64,000 nucleotides of DNA from Macrostomum hystrix (GCA_950097015.1 CATNEN010000002.1:1612001-1676000), one strand, 5' to 3'. Shown: positions 1-12,326, numbered from the stretch's first letter. Numbers and translations are program-made. The notes: generated by a model from the letters alone, not told the origin.

Positions 1-79
1 CATCGGAGTGTTGGTCATTACCCTCTACAAATCTACAATTGCTCATCGGATTGTTGGTCAATACTCAAAGCTAGCTCAC

Positions 80-3024
80 CATTTCTAGCAATGCTGCATT
101 TCTCAAATTTCTCAGCTCTGCATGCTAGGCAGTGAGCAGCCGGTGACTGACAGTGCTCAAGTCCAGCCTCAGTGAAGGCTGGAGTAGCCATGAGCTCATC
201 GGCTGCGGTCCTGTTAAACAGTCGCTTCAATAAGTCCGTGGACCAGTTGCAGTACAGAACATTCGGCGAGTAGTGCAGCTTGACGCCCAATTTTAACTGA
301 AAATTTTCAAGTTTTTGTATAAAAAAATAAAAAAAAAATGAAATTATCCATCCTGCGACGTTTCACTCTCAAACTTTCGCATCTAGAAATGAAAGACCTC
401 GACTCACATCGCTAACAGAATAAGGGTTGTAGTCGCCCAGATGACTGTACTTTGTGTACAGTGTGTTCTGAAAATTGACGGGATAATAATGTAATTGAAC
501 GGTTAATATGGCGTCTTATTAATTATATTTTCTTTTGAGCAAATTTGCACATAATTGTCGGCCGATCCTTTAATTAAAATGCTTGCATTTCTAATGCTCA
601 AAGTCATACAATCTTCTTAAATGAATAGGTACTTTTCGTAGCTAAGTAATAGTAATATATAAAATAGAAAATGATACTAATAACAATTTATTACATGCCA
701 GAATTGGGCCAGATGTGCAGCCGACAGAACAGCCGCAGCTATTGAAGGCTGCGTACGGCTGTTCAGTCCATGGACTGGGGGATTGTAGTCTAGTGGGCAG
801 AGCATCGGAATCGCAGCTTAAAGGTCAGGGGTTCGATCCTAGACTCCACTACTCGTAGAACAGTTTGAGTTCGATGTAAAGACACTTAACTCTTCGTTGC
901 TTCAGTTCAGCCAGATGTGGGGTAATTGAGGGTAGGTGAGGCGTCCAACCAGTCCATGGACTGAACAGCCGTACGCCGCATTCAGATGCGCCGCGCAAAA
1001 GCTGCGTGTTATTATTTCAGTGGAGTCTAGAATCGAACTCCCGACGTTCAAGTCTGCTAGATATTCTAGATTAGGATCTAACTGTAACTCACCTGTTTGT
1101 GACACGGCGAAGTCAGCTTCCTGGTCATGTAGTGATCGCTGGCCAAATATGAAGGCGGGCAGGTGTACACAAACCTGTCAATCTTTTGCGGCGCTTCGCA
1201 TCCGATTCGCTGCAGCTCGCTGAAAACTCGACTTGCGCGCCGGAGACTGACTTTGTAGTGCAAGGGCACCGGCTGCCTGCGTGGGTCAGGGAGTACGGAG
1301 CTAGAGCTTGAGACAGGGGAGAGATGAGACAGGGGAGAGATAAGACAGGGGAGAGATGAGACAGGGGAGAGATGAGACAGGTGAGAGATGAGACAGGTGA
1401 GAGATGAGACAGGTGAGAGATGAGACAGGTGAGAGATGAGACAGGTGAGAGATGAGACAGGTGAGAGATGAGACTGGGGAGAGGGCGGAGTATGCTCTGT
1501 AGTGAGGCCAGAGGCCAGATTCAAAAGCTTCAAAGGCGAAATTTTCTCGCGTGCCTGATGTGGCTGACCCCTGGTCCATAGTTTAATGATTCCCAAAGTC
1601 ACCTGCAATACTTCTGCATAATCCTGGTGTAAGCCATTGGAGCCCGAAGGTGCGGCCACTTTATAGTATAATAACCAATCAGGTGAGCGAGGAATTCATT
1701 GTCTGAGCCGTCGCGTCCGTCAGCCTGCTGGTGCTCCTTATCGACGTAGGTCGGAATGAGGTTGGCATCTTTGACCCACAGGCGAACTTCGAGATCCGGA
1801 TGGCTCCCAGCCTGTGAAAAGTACCGGTTTTTGGTTTCGAAGAAATTCGTCAATTTTAGTTTGACTTTAATTTAAGTTACAATAGAATTAAATTTACCCA
1901 GACAAACTGTTTTGTAACGCCATTTCCGCTTATTGGCACCGCGTGAGAGCGCGACTTTGAAAAACTTTTTTCGTGAATCAAATTGCTGGAGTGTATCGAT
2001 TTGTAGCTTGCAGCTTCTGCAAAGGAATAGTACAGCGAGCGCATAATAATTGAGCATTCAATTAGCAATGTACATCGTCAATATTGGTGATGGATGTACA
2101 CCATCCTACACTTTTGGCGTCGAAAAAACTTTTCAGAATTGACTTAGCATGTACAGTTATCTAAGTTTGGTGCGGAAGCTTTTCACATCTTTTTAAACTC
2201 GCCCATAGACTATCCTCGAGCGTGACTTCAATTATCAAGCGCTTCTATGTACTCGTACAAAGGGAAAGATATTCTATGTACATAATCTAGAACAGTGTAC
2301 ATGACACCCACCTCACTCCTGTGGCATTAAAAAATTAGTTTTTTTTAACTTACCAGCCTCCGAAATCGGTATGAAGTCTTCGTCTTTTAGTCGATTGTCT
2401 TCTTTGCTAAGTGGTCGCACGGCGTCTGAAAATTATAGATCATTGCTATATGGTATTAGAAAATTTATTACAGCGGTGGATTGTGACTTTAGCCAAATGT
2501 ACTTTTCGTGACTAATACAGACTTTGTGAATGTTGTACACTAGTGCTCAGAGCGTCGGACTCTCGAATTAAAGGTCGGGGGTTCGATTCCCGATTCTACT
2601 TAAACAATTTGTGCAATTTAGCAAGAGAATTTGTTGGACAGTTCGCCAAGCAGTTAAATGGGTACCAGCATCAGCTGGGGTAATTGAGGCTGGGTGCCCC
2701 CCAGTCCATGGACTGAACAGCCGTACGCAGCTTTCAGATTGCGCCGCGCAATAGCCAGAATCGTTGAATATCACGACAGTAGTCTCAGAAGGTAAGCAAA
2801 AAAAATTTAGCCTACAAAAATTTAGTAGGTAGCGAAACTAATTGTTTGCTGCAAACACCGTGATTAAAATCAAACTCACGAATACACCGCAGAGATTCGT
2901 CAGCAATCGCTGCCATTTTAATACCCTGATTAGCATCGTAGAAGCCTGGTGGACAATGCCGTCCTTCGCTGCCATCAACAGTTGGACTAATTTTTAGCAG
3001 GAGGAGCAGAAGCAGCAGCATCAT
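80..3024 (-). CDS. Multi-exon gene, unidentified secreted/membrane Cys-containing protein; continues beyond the left window edge
   Basis: Exons 3024-2880, 2425-2354, 2016-1898, 1811-1603, 1300-1175, 1138-1093 and 296-80 all have AG/GT ends and chain in compatible phases without stops. Starts MMLLLLLLLLKISPTVDG (signal-peptide-like), then CPPGFY. It could instead be the 3' part of the EGF gene upstream. Confidence 0.7.
697..780 (-). mobile_element. SINE family A, 3' portion (inverted)
   Basis: Reverse complement of the family A tail (cagtccatggactgaacagccgtacgcagcc...cggctgcacatctggcccaa) seen at 8455-8708 and 16430-16600. Confidence 0.75.
785..1015 (+). mobile_element. tRNA-derived SINE family A
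   Basis: A-box-like tagtctagtgg, B-box ggttcgatcc, central gacacttaactc..ttcagttcagccag segment resembling Meta-type SINE domains, palindromic cagtccatggactg, ttattatt tail. Confidence 0.75.
1307..1480. repeat. Intronic minisatellite, 16-bp unit gagacaggtgagagat
   Basis: About 10 tandem copies filling the intron between exons 1603 and 1300. Confidence 0.95.
2540..2770 (+). mobile_element. tRNA-derived SINE family A
   Basis: gggggttcgattccc B-box, ttaaatgggtaccagcatcagctgggg segment, cagtccatggactgaacagccgtacgc. Confidence 0.75.
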
Positions 3025-3105
3025 TCAACATTGATGAAGCAGGTGAAAATGCGAACAACGTCGACTCCAACCCTGATCCCCCTGGCAACGGGGTCCAGGG
3101 TTGGG

Positions 3106-3368
3106 TCAGGCTGAGCTAATTAATCTCTCTGCTTTAATGATCGAGCCGTCAATACTAAGAACAAGAGTGCTCAATTGAGTTGTTGAATATGCGTCTTCAT
3201 AGTTCTTTATCTCGCCTATATTTGCTGATGCTTCTCTGTCTCTGAGCAGAGCTGCTATTTCTTCTTTTGTCTCTGAGAATTCTGGCAGCACTATTTCTTT
3301 CTGTCTCTCTCTACCTAGCTCCTGTTTCGCCTGTCTATCACGCAGAGCTAGCGGAGTGGAGGTCAACC
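3106..3368 (-). CDS. Possible terminal coding exon of the EGF/TNFR-like gene
   Basis: Open 86-codon frame ending TGA. Phase-compatible with a small exon ending at a gtgagc donor near 3509, but the acceptor is pyrimidine-poor. Confidence 0.35.
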
Positions 3369-3639
3369 CTGTCCCACTTTACTGAGCACACATTTTTTAA
3401 CGCCTGCGCTCACAACAGGGATCAGCCAATCCTTCGAGGCCGGACAGTTTATATTGGGTTGAACTCGAGCGCTCATTGGGTGGAAACGGTTTAACGAAGG
3501 CTCACCTGTTGCACCTATAGCTATCAATCTATGCGACCCACTGCTGTGCAGTGTTAAAGACTTGTATGAAAAAAACATATTTGAAAAATGACAACTACCT
3601 AATTGATAGCCGTACGACCCACAGATACTATAGAAACTA

Positions 3640-3800
3640 CACGTGGCCCAGTTGGGCCAAATTGTAAAGCCAGTGCCACAGCCGCTACTGTACAGCTGTT
3701 CAGTCCATGGACTGAATTATCAGCCTCAATAACCCAATGCAATTTAATACAGTTACCCATTTTTCAGATGAGCAAAGTGCAGCGATTAAGAATCAACAGA
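3640..3800 (-). mobile_element. SINE family A, degenerate inverted copy
   Basis: Contains ttcagtccatggactgaa and the reverse complement of the aaatgggtaac segment. Confidence 0.6.
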
Positions 3801-3829
3801 TCTCCAAGTAATAAAAAATCAAAAGTTCT

Positions 3830-4135
3830 ACAAGCAGCGTCGGACTCACGACTCTAAGGTCGGGGGTTCGATTCCTGACTCCACAAGAACGATTTGCGTC
3901 ATTTAGCAGGACACTATAACTCTGTATTGATTCAGTTCACCCAGCTGTTAAATGGGTAACAGCATCAGCTGGGATAATTGAGCATGGGTGTGGGTTTTGT
4001 GTGCCGTCCCCCAGTCCATGGACTGAACAGCCGAACCCAGCTTTTTAAGATGCACCATGCAATAGCTTTGGCTGTCGGCTGCACATCAGGCGTAATCAAA
4101 TATTATTATTAATATTATTATTATTTTAACTTATT
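3830..4135 (+). mobile_element. tRNA-derived SINE family A, near full length
   Basis: ggggttcgattcc B-box, tcagttcacccagctgttaaatgggtaac, cagtccatggactg, (att)n tail. Confidence 0.8.
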
Positions 4136-4679
4136 TTAACAGGGACCAAATTAATAAGCTAGAGAAGGTAAACTGTCTGTCACTCTCTCACTTTTTCTGT
4201 TATCGACAGGGGCAGCAGACAACAGCTAAAGATATGAAATATCGATTTTAAGAAAAATTATTTCACTTTTCCAAACAAATATGAATAACAAGGCACACTA
4301 TATTAGCTAAATATTAACTATATTCTATTCTCACACTTTTTCTTAAACAGACGTGCTGCCAATTGTTCTGACACTTCAGGCAATAAAGTGGCTCATCTCT
4401 GCCTAACTTTGCTCAAATATATAATTATTGTTATAGCTTCCATTGTCTGAAGAAGCAATTCTCACTGGATGGCCGGCACTCGGTGCGAAAGATAAATAAT
4501 CCGCTCACGATGGGGTGCTGCATAAAATATATGATACGAGCGTATTTATAGCTAAAAAAACAATTCGCGATTCTTTTTCTGAGAGTTCTCACTACACAGT
4601 TTGAGCATAACAGCAATCTGAGATTGGTGCACCAAAATTTAAGGTATTCCACGGCTCATAAAACAAAAGCTTTACCTCA

Positions 4680-5210
4680 ATACCCTTCTCCATCCCTTCA
4701 CACCCTTCTCCATCCCTTCACACCCTTCCCTCTCTCATCCTTACCTTTTTTGTTCCCTTCACACCCTTCACCATCACGTCATACCCTTGCCCATCCCTTC
4801 ACACCCTTCTCCATCCCTTCACACCCTTCTCCATCCCTTCACACCCTTCCCTATCTCATGCTTACCTTTTTTGTTCCCTTCACACCCTTCACCATCACGT
4901 CATACCCTTGCCCATCCCTTCACACCCTTCTCCATCCCTTCACACCCTTCACACCCTTCTCCATCCCTTCACACCCTTCACACCCTTCTCCATCCCTTCA
5001 CACCCTTCTCCATTCCTTCACACCCTTCTCCATCCCTTCACACCCTTCTCCATTCCTTCACACCCTTCTCCATCCCTTCTCACCCTTCTCCATCCCTTCA
5101 CACCCTTCACACCCTTCTCCATTCCTTCACACCCTTCTCCAGCCCTTCTCACCCTTCTCCATCCCTTCACACCCTTCTCCATCCCTTCACACCCTTCTCC
5201 ATTTTTCATA
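4680..5210. repeat. Minisatellite, ~20-bp unit cacacccttctccatccctt
   Basis: Tandem pyrimidine-rich copies; the overlapping HPSPS/TLLHP ORFs are artefacts. Confidence 0.95.
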
Positions 5211-6199
5211 CCCAATTTCAAACTTTAAGAAGCTTCTTGGTGTGTCCCTATTGTTAATGTATTTTAGACAGAAATGCAGTGTAAAAGCAGCAATTGACGG
5301 CACGGCACACAGAGGCACATAGAGAGAGACCAATTAATTTGGAAGCGGTGCTTCTTCAGACGAGTAGAGCAGGGCAGGGGCCATGTTGCTTGAGTGCCAC
5401 TTTTGGGCCCTACCTAAATTCTCTACATTTTGCATCGATATCTCCTAGAAAATAGTAATTTGAAAGCCTGTATTTTTCTTTCTTTTATTCTCCTTTCAAT
5501 TTTGCCGAAACGGGTGAGAGACGCCAAGGCTCATTCGACTAGAAAAAAACTGAAGGATCAAAAGACAAAACGAAATAGAGAAAGGTAGAAAAAAAGAAAA
5601 ACAAGAAATATAGGAAGAATTTAAGCCCCATGTTTTTTAAGTAACGAATCTATCAATCAGTCAGGGAATGTGCCCAAGTGGATTGACAGCAGTCTCGCGA
5701 GAGAGCAGACACTTAGTCAGCTAGCTTAAGTCAAACACTCTAATCTGTAGAAATTTAAATCGAGAGGCATTGCTGCTGCTGCTGCTGTTGCTGTTGAAGT
5801 TAATTTCAGTCTGTCAGACCGGGGCTTCAATTTGGACCCGTTCCCATTTTCTGCTCCGTGGTGTCAGAAATTAAGAGTGACAAAAAAACTGGACAGGCAA
5901 TAGAGGCGTGAGCGCAACTGACCTCGAGAGATTATTTATAAATACAAAATTTAAAGTTTAGTGCTTTTCGATTGGTCGTAAGTCATTTGTCTAGCATGAA
6001 ACAAACACTAATTTATGCTGTTCTTTGGTTGATAAAAAAAGAAATAAAATTACTGACAACCCCAGACCTTCCCGCGAGAACGAAATCAAATGTACATACC
6101 GATGTGCATGAGATTTATCTAACCCCCAACAGATCAACCTCCCCAGAATTATCGATCGTCAGTATCGGCGCGTGCGAATGTACACTGTAAGACACTCAC

Positions 6200-8984
6200 C
6201 CTGACAGACTATGTCACGATGTGACGTGCACTCGGACACCAGGAACTGACCAGAGGGACATTCTCGACTGCACTCTGTGGAAATATTTATTAGTGAAGCT
6301 CTCTGTCATTTTTAATAATCGTATTAGGAATGATTATAATAGACCTTTTTACCTTCAGCAATAGCGGAATAATTTTATTAAGGACATGTCAAGGATTATC
6401 CTAGGGATGATGTGTGCCTACCTCTAAAGCTACATTTCCTCTGTTAAAACGAGAGGCTATGGCATCATAAAATAATGCTTTCTTACCTCTGCAAAGCTTT
6501 CCGTTGCCATAGAAACCAGGCCTGCACAGGCAGCGATAGAAGCCAACAGAATTAGTGCACACAGCCAGATTTGAGCACGGATTTTTCAGGGCTGAGCACT
6601 CGTCAATATCTGCATTTAGATTTGGAATACGCGCAGGTGTTAAAAATGGCTTTGCAATAGCAGAAAATGGAAGCAGTAGAACATGTAATAGATAGTATTC
6701 ATGATTCAACAACTGCAGCTGAAGGAAGTTTCATTATAAACAATTTCCTTTGTTGCATCTCTGAGATTTTTCATTTGCTTTTGACCTTTTCTAAAAACGC
6801 ACAACAGATTTTCTCAGCTAAAGCGCCTACCGTAGGGTGAACTGGCAATAAAATATGCTCCATCTCAACATATCTCATTGTTCAATCCATCTCCTCTAAT
6901 CATTTCTCTACCTCTCTTCTCACTCTAGCTCTCATCTTAATCTAGCTCTCATCTCACTCTACATCTCATCTCACTCTAGCTCTCATCTCACTCTAGCTCT
7001 CATCTTAATCTAGCTCTCATCTCACTCTACATCTCATCTCACTCTAGCTCTCATCTCACTCTACATCTCATCTCACTCTAGCTCTCATCTCACTCTAGCT
7101 CTCATCTCACTCTAGCTCTCATCTCACTCTAGCTCTAATCTCACTCTAGCTCTCATCTCACTCTAGCTCTCATCTCACTCTAGCTCTAATCTCACTCTAG
7201 CACTCATCTCACTCTAACTCTCATCTCACTCTAGCTCTCATCTCACTCTACATCTCACCTCACTCTAGCTCTCATCTCACTCTACATCTCATCTCACTCT
7301 AGCTCTACCACCATACTGATCTTGCCTTCTCAAAACTCAACTCACCAACGCACGAGCCACTAGGCGCAAAGAATTGAAATCCGCGAGTGCAGACGCATCG
7401 GCCATTGCTGCCTCCCCCGGCGCCGCTGATGGGACTGCAGCCGAGTCGGCCCTGACCCTTAGCTACGGCACATTCAGCTGCTTCCAGGCAATCGTCGTCC
7501 AACTTTGTGGCAGCTACTACTTTTTCGAAGTCGGTAGGAAGTTCTGGCACGTCTGTTAGAATATATTTTTGTGCAGTTGCTTTTTAAAAGCAAAAATCTT
7601 TTATCTCTGCCACGGAAAACCACAGTCCGTCAAACTCAAATTATATATTATAATTATTAAAAGCGACCTAAAATCTTATCCATGATCCCCCTCAATCTAA
7701 TCCCAAATGCCAACTCTTCTAATTCTAATCCCGAATCCCCAGTCCCTTAACTCTAATCCCAAATCCCTTCCCCTAACTCTAATTCTAAATCCCTCCCCCA
7801 TAGTCTAATCCCCAATCCCTTTCCCTATCTCTAATCTCGAATCCCCAGTCCCCTGACTCTAATCCCCAATCCCTTCTCCTAACTCTAATCCCCAATCCCT
7901 TCTCCTAACTCTAATCCCCAATCCCTTCTCCTAACTCTAATCCCCAATCCCTTCCCCTATCTCTAATCTCGAATCCCCAGTCCCCTGACTCTAATCCCCA
8001 ATCCCTTCTCCTAACTCTAATCCCCAATCCCTTCTCCTAACTCTAATCCCGAATTCCAACTCCCCTAACTCTAATCCCGAATGCCAACTCCCCTAACTCT
8101 AATCCAGAATGCCAACTCCCCTAACTCTAATCCAGAATCCATTCTCCGAGCTCCAATCATTTATCCATTCTGGTTCACCTGTTTTCCCCAACTCAGTCTG
8201 GGAATCACTTATTTCCTGTCCTATCTATTCTGTTTTCTCCCGAACTCTAATTTTTTTAAATCGCTGCTCACCAAACACTCGAACCGGAGGCGCCCAAGCA
8301 GACGCAGTTTTGTCATCAGCCGGTCGCCAACCGTCAAGATTAACCACAGACAGCGGATCTTGAGTGAACACTTCCACGGAGTCTGTAAGAGAAACCAATT
8401 AACAGGAACCGATAATCTTCAGAGTATGCTGTGCTGTTAGAGTTTGTTGTTAGAAACGATTGATAACACCTGCCCTAATTGGGCCAGATGTGCAGCCGAC
8501 AGCACAGTCGCAGCTATTGCGCGGCGCATCTGAAGGCTGCGAACGGCTGTTCAGTCCATGGACTGTGGGGACGCCAAACCCACCCCACAGCTGATTGAAC
8601 TGAAGCAGTTTGAAGCAATGTAAAGGACACAAATTGTTCCAGGGGAGGCGAGGATCGAACCCCCTACCTTCAAGTTGTGAGTCTGACGCCCTAATCACCA
8701 GGCTACAGGATACAATCTCCTTTTAATTATAGACAGATGGATATATTCTTACCGAGAACCATGCTCACAGGAAATCTGAGCACAACAGCGGTCGCCTTGC
8801 TCATCGGTTGGCCGCTAATTGTTAGTTGCGTACAATCTAGAAAATTTGCCGTCACTAGGCAGCAACAGCAGCAGCAGCAGGCAACAGCAATCGCCAGAGA
8901 CAATGGAATGGCCGGAGAACCTATGCCGCCTCCGCCGCCGCCGCGTCTGCCTCGAGACTCATTAGTCCCAGTCTGATAGGCCAC
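6200..8984 (-). CDS. Exons of an extracellular EGF / Ca-binding EGF / TNFR-like Cys-rich protein
   Basis: Exons 8984-8856, 8814-8769, 8382-8272, 7552-7346, 6609-6487 and 6274-6200 chain in phase. 6609-6487 encodes DIDECSALKNPCSNLAVCTNSVGFYRCLCRPGFYGNGKLC (cbEGF consensus); 6274-6200 encodes CPSGQFLVSECTSHRDIVC (TNFR-repeat-like). Start codon and 3' exons unresolved. Confidence 0.8.
6900..7305. repeat. Intronic minisatellite, 15-bp unit ctcatctcactctag
   Basis: Tandem copies starting ~40 nt from the donor at 7345. Confidence 0.95.
7690..8160. repeat. Intronic minisatellite, ~26-bp unit ctaactctaatccccaatcccttctc
   Basis: Degenerate tandem copies. Confidence 0.9.
8455..8708 (-). mobile_element. 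tRNA-derived SINE family A, full length
   Basis: Minus strand: gtagcctggtgattagggcgtcagactcacaacttgaaggtaggggttcgatcc (tRNA-like head with A and B boxes), followed by the family A body and tail. Confidence 0.85.
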
Positions 8985-9009
8985 CTGGGAAATTAAGGGA
9001 TTATCGATA

Positions 9010-11870
9010 TTAATCTTCACCTGATGTACACTCAATTTCAACTTCACCAATTCCTTGATGTACACACACTTTCACTGCCACCAACCCCCTGATGTACACA
9101 CACTTTCACTGCCACCAACCCCCTGATGTACACACACTTTCACTGCCACCAATCCCCTGATGTACACTCATTATCACTGCCACCAATCCCCTGATAACAA
9201 CAACAACAACAACAAAATACGCAAGCCCCAAACGTCAGGGGGGCGGCGTCAAATGATGCACCGCAGAGCCAGCGCGCGAACATGGTCCGCGCCGCAGGCA
9301 GTGTCGGGCGCCCTGGCGTCGCTCAGCAGGCAGTCGACGTAGCGGCGGGTCCGAGCCTGGCCGCGCCTGAACGGGCCCTGCAGGGTGAGCAGAAGGACGT
9401 CCTGGGCGGGCTGGCGGCAGTAGCTTTCGGCCCGAATGACGTGGCCCGCTAGTCGAAGTCGTCGCTGGCGCAGGATGGTGGACGGGCGTTGCAGCTGAGC
9501 TCTCTCGTACAGAGCCTCCGTCCCGACGCTCTCGTCAGCTTGAAAGGCCGCACGGAGCAGCCCCGAGTGCGCCGAGTCCAGCTGCCGCTCCAGCGTAGCC
9601 GTCAGCGTCCACGACTCGGCGTTGTACAGCAGGACGGTCTCGATCACCGCCTGCCACAGCCGAGCCCTCTGGCGGTCAGGCAGCGCTGTGGACTGGAGGA
9701 CGGCCCGGATCGAACGGTAGGCCGCCCATGCGAGTCCTCTGCGCCGCCGGATGTCGTCTTCCACGTTGGGCACCAGACCGCCGAGGTAAGTGAAGCGCTG
9801 GCAGCGTGCGAGCGAGATGATCTGCCCGTCTGCGCCGCGGCACGTCAGGTCCGCTGGGATGTCGGCCGGCACGGTCAGCACCTCGGTCTTAAGCGTGTTG
9901 ATCACTAGGCCGACGCTTGATGCCACCTCAGCCAACCTGTCCCCTGATGTACACACACTTTCACTGCCACCAACCCCCTGATGTACACACACTTTCACTG
10001 CCACCAACCCCCTGATGTACACACACTTTCACTGCCACCAACCCTCTGATGTACACTCACTTTCGCTGCCACTAATCCCCTGATGTACACACACTTTCAC
10101 TGCCACCAACCCCCTGATGTACACACACTTTCACTGCCACCAACCCCCTGATGTACACACACTTTCACTGCCACCAACCCTCTGATGTACACTCACTTTC
10201 GCTGCCACTAATCCCCTGATGTACACACACTTTCACTGCCACCAACCCTCTGATGTACACTCACTTTCGCTGCCACTAATCCCCTGATGTACACACACTT
10301 TCACAGCCACCAACCCCCTGATGTACACTCACTTTCACTGCCACCAACCCTCTGATGTACACTCACTTTCGCTGCCACTAATCCCCTGATGTACACACAC
10401 TTTCACTGCCACCAACCCTCTGATGTACACTCACTTTCGCTGCCACTAATCCCCTGATGTACACACACTTTCACAGCCACCAACCCCCTGATGTACACTC
10501 ACTTTCACTGCCACCAACCCCCTGATGTACACACACTTTCACAGCCACCAACCCCCTGATGTACACTCACTTTCACTGCCACCAACCCCCTGATGTACAC
10601 ACACTTTCACAGCCACCAACCCTCTGATGTACACTCACTTTCGCTGCCACTAATCCCCTGATGTACACACACTTTCACAGCCACCAACCCCCTGATGTAC
10701 ACACACTTTCACTGCCACCAATCCCCTGATGTACACTCACTTTCACTGCCACCAACCCCCTGATGTACACTCACTTTCACAGCCACCAACCCCCTGATGT
10801 ACACTCACTTTCACTGCCACCAACCCCCTGATGTACCTGATGTACAAACACTTTCACTGCCACCAATCCCCTGATGTACACTCACTTTCACTGCCACCAA
10901 CCCCCTGATGTACACTCACTTTCACTGCCACCAACCCCCTGATGTACACTCACTTTCACTGCCACCAACCCCCTGATGTACCTGATGTACACAAACTTTC
11001 ACTGCTACCAATCCCCTGATGTACACACACTTTAACTGCCACCAATTCCTTGATGTACAACACACTTTCAAAGCCACCAATCCTCTGGTGTACACACACT
11101 TTCACTGCCACCAATTCCTTGATGTACACACACTTTCACAGCCACCAATCCCCTGATGTACACACACTTTCACTGCCACCAATTCCTTGATGTACACACA
11201 CTTTCACAGCCACCAATCCCCTGATGTACACACACTTTCACTGCCACCAATTCCTTGATGTACACTCACTTTCAAAGCCACCAGTCACTGTTGTACACAC
11301 ACTTTCAAAGCCACCAGTCACTGTTGTACACTCACTTTCAAAGCCACCAGTCACTGTTGTACACTCACTTTCAAAGCCACCAATCCCCTGATGTACACAC
11401 ACTTTCAAAGCCACCAATCACTGTTGTGCACTCACTTTCAAAGCCACCAGTCACTGTTGTGCACTCACTTTCAAAGCCACCAATCCCCTGATGTACACAC
11501 ACTTTCAAAGCCACCAATCACTGTTGTGCACTCACTTTCACAGCCACCAATCCTCTGGTGTACACACACTTTCACTGCCACCAATTCCTTGATGTACACA
11601 CACTTTCACAGCCACCAATCCCCTGATGTACACACACTTTCACTGCCACCAATTCCTTGATGTACACACACTTTCACTGCCACCAATTCCTTGATGTACA
11701 CACACTTTCACTGCCACCAATTCCTTGATGTACACACACTTTCACAGCCACCAATCCCCTGATGTACACACACTTTTAAAGCCACCAATTCCTTGATGTA
11801 CACACACTTTCACTGCCACCAATTCCTTGATGTACACTCACTTTCAAAGCCACCAATCACTGTTGTGCAC
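9010..11870. repeat. Minisatellite, 33-34-bp unit cccctgatgtacacacactttcactgccaccaa, interrupted by a LINE
   Basis: A few units left of 9195 and dozens right of 9940, diverging progressively toward 11870. Confidence 0.95.
9196..9939 (-). mobile_element. 5'-truncated RTE-clade non-LTR retrotransposon (RT C-terminus/thumb, short 3' UTR, (TTG)n tail)
   Basis: Motifs GLVINTLKTEVL, FTYLG, LLYNAESWTL and RRLRLAGHVIR are typical of RTE-type RT. Uninterrupted frame to the stop at 9249; tcccctgat duplicated at 9187-9195 and 9940-9948. Confidence 0.88.
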
Positions 11871-12326
11871 TCATTTTATTTATTATGAGTTTTCCAAATA
11901 TTAAGTAATATTCACTATTTATAATATTTACAAAAATAATAATAATAAGTAAGATAATAGTAAGTAAGTAATTAGTTTCTAAGGTTAGTTGGCACAAGTG
12001 GTTTAATTTCTAGCTTTCAACTTTAAGCTAATCGTGTGTTTTTGTCACAGCACTCGGGTAAGCAAACACACCATTAAACAGGGCATTGTGTCAAATCAGT
12101 TGCTGTGACGACCAGCGTTGAGTTTATTTCAGGCAGGCAACTAGGGGTCGAATCCGACCAGGTGTTCATTGACCTGCAATATAAATTGGCGAAATAAGAT
12201 TGGCGGGTTATTTTTTGTTCATTAGAAAACAATTGATTATCTCAGCAAAAATCGGGTTAGGAACATGTTAAAATTGTCACACTTTTACTAATCTAGATTA
12301 CTGAACTGCATTTAACTATCGTATAA

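Noticed and set aside
8640-8708. tRNA gene
   Set aside because: The tRNA-like head continues into the SINE-A body and lacks a proper acceptor stem and T-run terminator.
9196-9250. RTE LINE as the mobilising partner of SINE families A and B
   Set aside because: Its 3' UTR and (TTG)n tail show no similarity to either SINE 3' end, which finish in (ATT)n.
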